From an uncultured Spirochaetales bacterium (GTDB lineage Bacteria > Spirochaetota > Spirochaetia > SPDA01 > CAZJBZ01), in NCBI GenBank assembly GCA_964557375.1, contig CAZKZZ010000005.1, forward strand, positions 612 through 64,611: 64,000 nt of DNA, given 5' to 3'. The notes beneath the pieces were generated by a model. It worked only from the letters and a program-made list of their open reading frames with translations, made no database searches and had not been told where the DNA came from. Shown here in pieces: positions 10,348 to 18,270 of this stretch (within the stretch, counting starts at the first letter, position 1; each line of letters begins with the position of its first letter). A program made the translations under genes and the position numbers.

Positions 10348-12165
10348 ATGAATTTCAAATCGAGAGTCATCATTCTTGTTCTTCTTTTTTCTGTATCAGT
10401 TATTTTCTATTCCGGGTTCCTGTTTTCTCTTCAGATCGTAAAAGGAACTGAATACAAAAAAAAAGCTGAACAGGTGGCAATGCGGGTTATTCCACTGCCC
10501 GCCCAGAGGGGCGAAATTTACGACCGCAATTACGACGTTCCTCTCGTCTTGAATATAGACAGTTTTGCTGTGGATATAGTTCCCGGTGAATTGAACGATG
10601 AACAACTCGATCGGGTTATTCGCAATCTATCCGAAGCTATAGATATGCCCGAACTTGAAATAAGAGAACAGATTCCGTCAGAATACCGTTATCTTCACCA
10701 ACCGGTAGAGATAAAAGGCGGGATATCTTTTGATACGATTACCTATTTAGCGGAACACATTGACAGGTTCCCCGGCCTGACATGGCATAAAAAATCGATA
10801 CGCAGTTATACGGAGACCGGTTCCATCTCACATGTGCTCGGTTATGTAGGCGATATAACGAGGGAGGAGCTCCAGGTCCTTTATAACAAAGGGTACAATA
10901 TGCGTTCCGTTCTCGGTAAGATCGGTATCGAAAAGCAGTATGATTTTCTGCTCAGAGGAGTGGAGGGAAAGCGTTACAGTACGGTCGATGTTGCAGGCAG
11001 GAGCATTCAGGGGCAGGAGGAAGAGGTGCCCCCGAAGCTGGGGACAAACATTGTCCTGACAATAGACCGAAATATTCAGAAACTGTGTGAGAAAGCTCTG
11101 GGAGAGAGAATAGGCTCCATACTTGTCCTGAGACCATATAACGGCGAAGTTCTCGCTATGGTTTCCTATCCCTGGTATGATCCGAATCTTTTCTATACCG
11201 AACGGGGAACTGAAAAGTTTCGAGAACTCTCTCTCGATTCATCCTATCCTTTTTTAAACCGGACAATCCAATCCAGTTATTCACCGGCGTCGATGTTTAA
11301 AATCGTTATGACTACTGCAGCTGTTGATGAAGAGGCAATTCCTCTGGATAAGAAGGTGGTGTGCGAAGGCAAAATGCATTATGGGGATAGAATATTTAAC
11401 TGCCATAAGAAAAGCGGACACGGTCCTCTTGCACTTTTCGACGGATTGGCCCAATCCTGTAATGTCTTCTTTTGGACACTCGGTACTGAATATTTGGGGG
11501 TGAATAAAATTGTAGATTATTCAAAACGTTACGGCTTTGGTGAGCTGACCGGAATTGATATTCCGGGAGAAGTCCCGGGACTCGTCCCTTCACCTAAATG
11601 GAAAGAGTCGACCTATAACTCCAACTGGCTCGGCGGGGACACGATGAATATGTCGATAGGGCAGGGGTATCTTTCCGTTACCCCTATGCAGGTAGCTAAT
11701 ATGATGGCGATGGTGGTAAATGAAGGGACTGTTTATAAACCGCATCTGTTAAAAGCACTGCGAGACCCTATATCCGGAGAATTGATAGAAGAAACAGAGC
11801 CGGAGGTGCTGCAGAAGTCCTCGATACGGAAATCTACTTTTGAGCAGGTGAAGCTGGCTATGAGAGGTGTGATAACTGACGGAACCGCCCAGGTCGTTAT
11901 TGACACTGAAGCTGTGGACATTGCCGGTAAGACCGGTACCGGACAGGCCGGTTTGGAAGACCGGTGGAACTCCTGGTTTACTGCTTATGGGCCGTATAAC
12001 GCTGCCGATCCCCGGGACAAAGTCGTAGTCGTGGTAATGGTAGAAGCAGCAAACGAGTGGGAATGGTGGGCACCGAAAGCTGCAAATATAGTGTTTCAGG
12101 GTATTTTCGCCGATCAAACGTATGAAGAAGTAGTAGATACACTCGACAATTGGTATTTACAGTAA
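10348..12165 (+). CDS. mrdA: penicillin-binding protein 2 (elongasome transpeptidase)
   Basis: N-terminal TM helix and PBP dimerisation domain, plus the transpeptidase triad SxxK (SMFK), SxN (SCN) and KTG (GKTGTG). Located upstream of rodA. Confidence 0.93.
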   Translation: MNFKSRVIILVLLFSVSVIFYSGFLFSLQIVKGTEYKKKAEQVAMRVIPLPAQRGEIYDRNYDVPLVLNIDSFAVDIVPGELNDEQLDRVIRNLSEAIDMPELEIREQIPSEYRYLHQPVEIKGGISFDTITYLAEHIDRFPGLTWHKKSIRSYTETGSISHVLGYVGDITREELQVLYNKGYNMRSVLGKIGIEKQYDFLLRGVEGKRYSTVDVAGRSIQGQEEEVPPKLGTNIVLTIDRNIQKLCEKALGERIGSILVLRPYNGEVLAMVSYPWYDPNLFYTERGTEKFRELSLDSSYPFLNRTIQSSYSPASMFKIVMTTAAVDEEAIPLDKKVVCEGKMHYGDRIFNCHKKSGHGPLALFDGLAQSCNVFFWTLGTEYLGVNKIVDYSKRYGFGELTGIDIPGEVPGLVPSPKWKESTYNSNWLGGDTMNMSIGQGYLSVTPMQVANMMAMVVNEGTVYKPHLLKALRDPISGELIEETEPEVLQKSSIRKSTFEQVKLAMRGVITDGTAQVVIDTEAVDIAGKTGTGQAGLEDRWNSWFTAYGPYNAADPRDKVVVVVMVEAANEWEWWAPKAANIVFQGIFADQTYEEVVDTLDNWYLQ

Positions 12166-13475
12166 TGAGATCAAATTCGGTTTTCCAATTCGACATTCTT
12201 ATTTTTTTGGCCTCGATCTCTCTGATGGTAATCGGTGTGCTTTTTGTTTATTCGAGCGGCGTCTCATCAACAGGTATCGTTTTCTCTAAAGAATATATCA
12301 AACAGATCGTCTGGGCTATATCAGGAGTCGGTCTGATTTTTACCCTTTCATTTATCGATTATAACCGGATTCGAACCCTCTCACCATATATTTATTTTTT
12401 TTTCATCATCCTTCTGCTGGTTACTTTCTTTTTCGGCGAGCGGGTCAACGGTGCAAAATCCTGGCTCGGGCTTTTCAATTTCGGGATTCAGCCGTCCGAG
12501 TTTGCAAAAATCGCTACTATTCTTCTCCTTTCTGCCTATTATTCTTCCAACCGTGACGGAGCTTCCCACTTTAAAAATTTTATTTTCGGACTGGGTATAG
12601 TCTTATTTCCTGTTGTCCTTATCCTTATCCAACCGGATTTAGGTACAGCCCTCGTCTATCTACCTATTTTTCTATTTGTAAGTTTTATTGCCGGAGCAAA
12701 ACTCGAACATATCGGTTTTGTCTTGTTTACAGCCGTATTGGTGATACTTCTAACCATTATACCCGTATGGCAGAACTCTGTTTCTGAAGAAGAGATACGG
12801 TTTTTATCGATTATTTCAAAAACCCAGTTCAGGGTTCTCACCTTTCTCGTATTCGGAGGAGTTTCCGCCCTGTCAGTTATCGGGTTTCTCGTATTCAAAA
12901 AGAATTATTTTTATTGGATTTTTTACGCAACGATTATTCTCTCAATTTCTCTTGCGCTCTCTCTTATAGCGGGGAGAATTCTGCAGGATTATCAACTGAT
13001 GAGATTGGTGGTGTTTCTCGATCCAATGATTGATCCCCAGGGCGCCGGCTGGAATATCATTCAGTCGGTTACGGCAGTTGGGTCGGGAGGAATTGTCGGA
13101 AAGGGGTTCCTCAGCGGCACACAGAGTCATTATCAGTTTCTCCCCCAGCAGAGTACTGATTTTATTTTTTCGATTATCGCGGAAGAGTGGGGTTTTCTAG
13201 GCGGCGCGTTTGTTTTTTTGCTTTTCAGCATTATTTTTACGCGGGGCGTTCTCATTCTTTCTCAAGCAAAGGACAATTTTGCAAGATATGTAGTATCCGG
13301 AATTCTCGGTATGATTTTTTTTCATTTTCTCATTAATATCGGTATGGCAATGGGCATTATGCCCATAACCGGTATTCCTCTCTTTTTTCTCTCCTACGGC
13401 GGTTCATCTCTCTGGACAGCGGCAATCGGAATAGGATTGCTGCTCAATATTCACATGAAACGATATCGGATGTAA
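12165..13475 (+). CDS. rodA: peptidoglycan glycosyltransferase RodA (SEDS family)
   Basis: FtsW/RodA/SpoVE polytopic protein (QPSEFAKI, NIIQSVTAVGSGGIVGKG, FSIIAEEWGF). Track start 12150 is a TTG; ATG 12165 overlaps the mrdA TAA by 1 nt (TAATG). Confidence 0.93.
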   Translation: MRSNSVFQFDILIFLASISLMVIGVLFVYSSGVSSTGIVFSKEYIKQIVWAISGVGLIFTLSFIDYNRIRTLSPYIYFFFIILLLVTFFFGERVNGAKSWLGLFNFGIQPSEFAKIATILLLSAYYSSNRDGASHFKNFIFGLGIVLFPVVLILIQPDLGTALVYLPIFLFVSFIAGAKLEHIGFVLFTAVLVILLTIIPVWQNSVSEEEIRFLSIISKTQFRVLTFLVFGGVSALSVIGFLVFKKNYFYWIFYATIILSISLALSLIAGRILQDYQLMRLVVFLDPMIDPQGAGWNIIQSVTAVGSGGIVGKGFLSGTQSHYQFLPQQSTDFIFSIIAEEWGFLGGAFVFLLFSIIFTRGVLILSQAKDNFARYVVSGILGMIFFHFLINIGMAMGIMPITGIPLFFLSYGGSSLWTAAIGIGLLLNIHMKRYRM

Positions 13476-13479
13476 CTGC

Positions 13480-16104
13480 ATGAACGACGATTTGACGGAT
13501 CTCGGCCCGATGGAAATCGACTCGATGGAAATCGACCCGATACTTCTACGTGTTGAAAAACCGGGCAGATACGCGGGAGGGGAGTACAACGCCGCGAGAC
13601 GGGAAGCCCCCGTGCACATAATAGACCGGCAGCTTCGGGTAGCACTCTCCTTCCCGGATTTATACGAAATCGGTATGTCCAATCTCGCTATAAAGATCCT
13701 CTACGGTATGATGAATGCAAACAAGAGAATTATTTGTGAACGGGTGTTTGCCCCGGCAGCAGATCTCGAACATGTTTTGCGTACACAAGAGCTGCCGCTT
13801 TTTACTCTCGAGACAAGGACCCCTCTTCACAAAATGGATATAATCGGCTTTTCAATTGGATATGAACTTACCTATACTAATATGCTGGCAATACTGGAGT
13901 TGGGGGGAATCCCGCTGCGAAGGGAACAGCGAGATGAAAGTTCCTGCAGCCCTGTGGTCATTGCGGGCGGACCCGCTGTAACCAATCCCCATCCTTTTGC
14001 CCATCATGTTGATGCTGTTTTCATAGGAGAAGCGGAAGCAGTTCTTCCATCTCTTGCCGAAGACTTTGCTTCGATAAAAGAACGAGCTTCAATGGACCGT
14101 TCAGTACTGCGGTCCCGAATGGTCGAACGGCTCCGGGAGGAACCGTCGGTGTGGATGCCTGATCAGAATAAGAGAGTCAAGCGTGCTGTATGGACCGGAT
14201 TTGGAGATGAGAAAACCAACGCGCGCGGGTTCCCCGTGCAGAATATAAAAACCGTTCAGGACCACGGTACAATCGAGATTATGCGGGGGTGCCCCAATGG
14301 GTGCCGGTTCTGTCATGCCGGTATGTATTATCGGCCGGTACGGGAAAAACAGATTTCCCACATACTCGATGAAGCTTCCCAATGGATCTACGATTTGGGG
14401 TTTCGCGAAATAACGCTCTCTTCACTTTCATCGTGCGATTACAGCCGTATTGGGGATTTGATTCGCCTGCTCAACGAGAGATTCGGGGACGAGCGAATCT
14501 CTTTTGCATTTCCGTCTCTTCGCATCAACTCATTTACGCTGTCATTGTTAACGGAAATCTCAGCCGTCCGTAAAAGCGGAATTACCTTTGCAGTAGAGAC
14601 ACCGAATCCGCACTGGCAGAAAAGCATCAATAAAGAAGTTGCAAAGACACGTGTTATAGAGATTTTAAAAGATGCAAAAGAAAAAGGGTGGAGGGTTGCC
14701 AAGTTTTATTTTATGATAGGTCTTCCGGTTGCAGGCGGTACGGTCCCTGCTGCAGAAGAAGAAAAATCTGAAATTGTTTCGTTTATTAATGAGGTGCAGG
14801 AAGCGGTCCCGATACAGCTCAATATCAACCTCGGCACTTTTATCCCCAAGCCCCACACTCCGTATCAATGGGTGAGACAGCTATCGCTGGAAGAATCTGC
14901 AAACCGGCTGCATGCAATAAAGTCGGAATTAAAAGGATCGAAGATCAAGGTAAGTTATCACTCTCCTTTTCTCTCTTTTTTAGAAGGGCTAATCTCGCGC
15001 GGTGATGACCGGGTCGGATTGCTCATCGAAGATGCGTATAGAATGGGGGCCCGCTTTGATGCATGGGAAGAGCATGTCGACAAAATAGTATGGAACCAAG
15101 CCTTCAAAAATGCTACATTCGAAGTGGATGAAATAGTGTGTGCTTCCCGCAGTACAGAAGAACCGCTTCCGTGGGAAGATGTATCTCTAGGAGTTACACG
15201 GTCTTTTTTAAAAGATGAGTTCGAAAAAAGCAGAGGGGATGAATTGACTTCACCCTGCAGTGATCCGTGTCTGCACTCATGCGGTGTGTGTGGAAATGAG
15301 GTCGGCTGTAAACACGCGGAAGAAGCAGAACTGAGCGCTCTTTCGAGCAGAAACGCTTCTGGGGGTTCCCGCACGCGGGCTGAAAAGGATGACGCGGAAA
15401 AAGCTGAAACCGGTGATAACCCGAAATATCTTTTCTCGTATCAGAAAAAAGGACCTGCTGTTTTTCTTTCCCATCTCGACACAGTAAGTATCATTGAGCG
15501 GTCTTTTCAAAGGGCCGGTATTCCGGTTGCATTCACTCAGGGCTTTAATCCGAAACCGAAACTCGAGTTTGCGCACCCATTGAGTTTGGGCATTGCATCC
15601 GAAAATGAGATTGCTTCGATCGAAATAACAGACAGAATTGGTGATAACAACATTAAAGAACGGATAAACCGCGTGCTTCCTTCAGGATTCAGTGTGACGA
15701 GAGTACGGTCAATGCGTACCCGCGTGGAGCCGAGAAAGGAAGGTGAGACCCCCAAAAAGGTGGCCTCCCTCATGGCAGCTTACGGAGGGGCGGCCTATCG
15801 GATAGGTCCGCGCGAAAACCGAACAGAGAAGGACATGGCTCAAAAAATGGAAAGACTTATCAGGTTTCTTACAACTTACCCTGAAGCTGTCGAGTCCTGC
15901 TCAGTTTTGGATACCGGCAGCCTGAACAGCACTCTATTTGTAAAAAATACCGGGAGAAAGTCGGGCAACATTATGCACATTTTAAAAACGCTATCCGCGG
16001 AAGAACCTGCTTTCAATGACAACCCCTTGACTGAATGGCACATTGTACGGCTTAAGACAACCGCCGGAGAGAAAAAGCAGGACTACTTCGACTATTTTGA
16101 ATAG
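13480..16104 (+). CDS. radical SAM protein fused to a radical-SAM-linked (DUF2344-type) C-terminal domain
   Basis: CxxxCxxC cluster (CPNGCRFCHAGMYYRP) with an N-terminal B12-binding-like region. The C-terminal about 230 aa (YLFSYQKKGPAVFLSHLD...GFNPKPKLEFAHPLSLG) resembles the TIGR03936 family, and the N-terminal part resembles TIGR03960. Alternative in-frame ATGs at 13510 and 13525. Confidence 0.85.
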   Translation: MNDDLTDLGPMEIDSMEIDPILLRVEKPGRYAGGEYNAARREAPVHIIDRQLRVALSFPDLYEIGMSNLAIKILYGMMNANKRIICERVFAPAADLEHVLRTQELPLFTLETRTPLHKMDIIGFSIGYELTYTNMLAILELGGIPLRREQRDESSCSPVVIAGGPAVTNPHPFAHHVDAVFIGEAEAVLPSLAEDFASIKERASMDRSVLRSRMVERLREEPSVWMPDQNKRVKRAVWTGFGDEKTNARGFPVQNIKTVQDHGTIEIMRGCPNGCRFCHAGMYYRPVREKQISHILDEASQWIYDLGFREITLSSLSSCDYSRIGDLIRLLNERFGDERISFAFPSLRINSFTLSLLTEISAVRKSGITFAVETPNPHWQKSINKEVAKTRVIEILKDAKEKGWRVAKFYFMIGLPVAGGTVPAAEEEKSEIVSFINEVQEAVPIQLNINLGTFIPKPHTPYQWVRQLSLEESANRLHAIKSELKGSKIKVSYHSPFLSFLEGLISRGDDRVGLLIEDAYRMGARFDAWEEHVDKIVWNQAFKNATFEVDEIVCASRSTEEPLPWEDVSLGVTRSFLKDEFEKSRGDELTSPCSDPCLHSCGVCGNEVGCKHAEEAELSALSSRNASGGSRTRAEKDDAEKAETGDNPKYLFSYQKKGPAVFLSHLDTVSIIERSFQRAGIPVAFTQGFNPKPKLEFAHPLSLGIASENEIASIEITDRIGDNNIKERINRVLPSGFSVTRVRSMRTRVEPRKEGETPKKVASLMAAYGGAAYRIGPRENRTEKDMAQKMERLIRFLTTYPEAVESCSVLDTGSLNSTLFVKNTGRKSGNIMHILKTLSAEEPAFNDNPLTEWHIVRLKTTAGEKKQDYFDYFE

Positions 16105-16118
16105 CAGGGCCCCACTAT

Positions 16119-16907
16119 TCAGGATTTGAATTCTTCTTTTGCCTCTTCCCATAATGCGTCCATCAGTTCGAAATTTTCCGAATTCATCGGCATGTTTTTC
16201 TCCTGCATCATTTTTTCGATGTAGTGAAACCGTTTTTCGAATTTCCGGTTGGTGAGATGAAGCGCAGTCGATGGGTCGATATGGAGAAATCGGGCAATGT
16301 TTATAAGTGTAAACAGAAGGTCTCCGAACTCTTCTTCGGCTTTTCCCCGGTCTCCGGACTCGACGGCTGTTTTGAACTCATCGATTTCTTCGTCGTATTT
16401 CTCCCAGACAGAATCAATTTCATTCCAGTCAAATCCAATTTTTTTTACTTTCTTCTGAATTTTGAGAGCGCGTTCTAATGGAGGGTAGGTCGTAGGTATG
16501 GTTTCCAAGTACTTTTTGTCTTTTCCCTGTTTTTCGACATCCTGCTTAATTGCGTCCCACTGTTTTATAACATCATCCGGGTTATCAACATCAGACTCGG
16601 CGAAAACATGAGGATGCCTGCGAATCAGTTTATCACTTATGTCGGTAAAGACATCCGAGATGGTAAAATTATTATCTTGCTCATACATGTAGGAGAGCAT
16701 TGTAACGAGAAGGAAAAGGTCACCGAGTTCTTCTTTTACATGCGGGGTATCGTTATCGTTAATTGCTTCGATACATTCATAACTTTCTTCGATGAGATTT
16801 TCTTTGAGTGTAGAAGGCGTTTGTTCCCGGTCCCACGGGCAGCCGTCGGGGCCCCGTAATGTTTTGACAATTGTGAGGAAACGTTTAAAAGCTTCAGATG
16901 TTTTCAT
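16119..16907 (-). CDS. mazG: nucleoside triphosphate pyrophosphohydrolase MazG
   Basis: Two tandem MazG domains with the EExxE..E..D signature (LIEESYECIEAI..EELGDL; IDEFKTAV..EEFGDLLF). Confidence 0.9.
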   Translation of the reverse strand: MKTSEAFKRFLTIVKTLRGPDGCPWDREQTPSTLKENLIEESYECIEAINDNDTPHVKEELGDLFLLVTMLSYMYEQDNNFTISDVFTDISDKLIRRHPHVFAESDVDNPDDVIKQWDAIKQDVEKQGKDKKYLETIPTTYPPLERALKIQKKVKKIGFDWNEIDSVWEKYDEEIDEFKTAVESGDRGKAEEEFGDLLFTLINIARFLHIDPSTALHLTNRKFEKRFHYIEKMMQEKNMPMNSENFELMDALWEEAKEEFKS

Positions 16908-17125
16908 AGAAAGAACCTATCACGGCAGTATTTGTTTCGCAAGTGCTCGAGCAATAAGGTAAGAGCATACCACAAGAGTAGACAGAATATGTATTATCGG
17001 AAGTTATATGTGTTATAAATATGCGAGTACGAAGATTACGCGTCATTTGTTCTGCACGCGCAGAAAGTATCTGGCAGACATACACTCCTCTGCTCGTCTG
17101 CTTATTACTGCTCCTGCGTCTTGTC

Positions 17126-17407
17126 TTACTTCTTATCGCTTACAAGTGAAAAAAGCCAGATAATTACAAAAGCGGTAATGATCGGAGGAAAAATATTTAC
17201 CGAATTATTGAGGTTGGTAAGTTGTTCGATAATGTCTGAGAAAAAGTGTTCAATAATGCCCCCTAAATATGCACCAACGAGTGCGATGACAAGGGTCCCC
17301 CAGAACTTGCCGAAAATTGGTTTTTTTAAGATGAAATAAAAAAACAGTGCTACTGCAAATCCGATGAGAAAATACGTAAGCCCAATATTGAAGTAGTAAT
17401 TAAACAC
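17126..17407 (-). CDS. GlsB/YeaQ/YmgE-like small membrane protein
   Basis: 93 aa with three hydrophobic segments and a Gly-rich helix (LVGAYLGGIIEHFF). GTG start with GGAGG about 9 nt upstream. The family call is from pattern only. Confidence 0.5.
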   Translation of the reverse strand: MFNYYFNIGLTYFLIGFAVALFFYFILKKPIFGKFWGTLVIALVGAYLGGIIEHFFSDIIEQLTNLNNSVNIFPPIITAFVIIWLFSLVSDKK

Positions 17408-17490
17408 TGATGCACTCCTCCCAGTTTTGTTTGATTTTTTAAAATAGCCTCAATTTTTTAGGATAGCTGTATAAGCTTGATGCAGACGGA

Positions 17491-18270
17491 TCAATGCGCT
17501 GCAACAAGCTCTATTCTACCCAAATAGGCAGGTTCACTATAAATATCATAGATTAAATCGTACGTTCCATAGGTCACGACATACAGCGCAACCGAAAAAG
17601 TACCTGTATCGGTATCAGCTAAAGAGTAGTTAAAATCTTCATAACTCGAACTCGGATCAAAATCAGATTCCAAAAATCCGACCGTTTTAGGCTCATCACT
17701 GCTGTCAACCGTGATGTAGCGGCAAAACTCGATTTTGTTATTATTATAAGTAATAACCGGATACGGTTTGTCATCCCCGCCCATAAGTGAAAAATCAATG
17801 TAGATATAAAAATCTTCTTTTTTGTTGTCTTCCGCTACCGGGATGAGCGGTTTATCGGAGACATCATCCTGGGAATATAACCGGCGGTATTTTAACGATT
17901 CGAGCTTGTCCGTTGTGGGGTCCTCCGTTATTGCATCCCGGTCGCTTTCCAAATCTGGCTCATCCCGTTCATCTGCATAGAATTTATAGTACACTTCGTA
18001 GCCTTTCAGGTAATTGGCGTTGTTATCGGGATTATGGCCGAATTGAAAAATCTCTTCTACTCCGTAGAGAGGTTCTTTAATCGTACTGCTGTCAGGCGGT
18101 TCGAGATAAGGGTACGATTCGATTCCGCAAGAGGTTAAGAATGTCGTTATTGACAATACCGGGAAAAGCAGTATAAGAACCGGTACGGTATTTCTGCACT
18201 GCTTACGCAGGAGAAAGCCTATCTTTCGAAAAAGAGTCTCAGCTTCCCCCACTCGTTCCTGATTTTCCAT
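17491..18270 (-). CDS. hypothetical lipoprotein
   Basis: Signal peptide with a lipobox (ITTFLTS-C). The mature part is Asp/Glu/Tyr-rich with no recognisable domain. The ATG overlaps the cyclase 3' end by 32 nt. Confidence 0.55.
   Translation of the reverse strand: MENQERVGEAETLFRKIGFLLRKQCRNTVPVLILLFPVLSITTFLTSCGIESYPYLEPPDSSTIKEPLYGVEEIFQFGHNPDNNANYLKGYEVYYKFYADERDEPDLESDRDAITEDPTTDKLESLKYRRLYSQDDVSDKPLIPVAEDNKKEDFYIYIDFSLMGGDDKPYPVITYNNNKIEFCRYITVDSSDEPKTVGFLESDFDPSSSYEDFNYSLADTDTGTFSVALYVVTYGTYDLIYDIYSEPAYLGRIELVAAH

Noticed and set aside
12367-12378. GGATTCGAACCC, which reads as the tRNA T-loop-like GGGTTCGAATCC on the minus strand.
   Set aside because: It lies inside the rodA coding frame. 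The flanking bases do not form a T-stem, acceptor stem or anticodon arm.
13508-13537. 2 x 15-nt tandem duplication (CGATGGAAATCGACN) giving MEIDS-MEIDP and three candidate ATG starts for the radical SAM gene.
   Set aside because: This is a real duplication, but it only creates start-codon ambiguity at a non-conserved N-terminus. There is no evidence of regulatory function.
16894-17085. 63-aa minus-strand ORF in the mazG upstream spacer.
   Set aside because: It overlaps the mazG start codon region, has no RBS, is Cys/Thr/Ser-rich, and resembles no known family.
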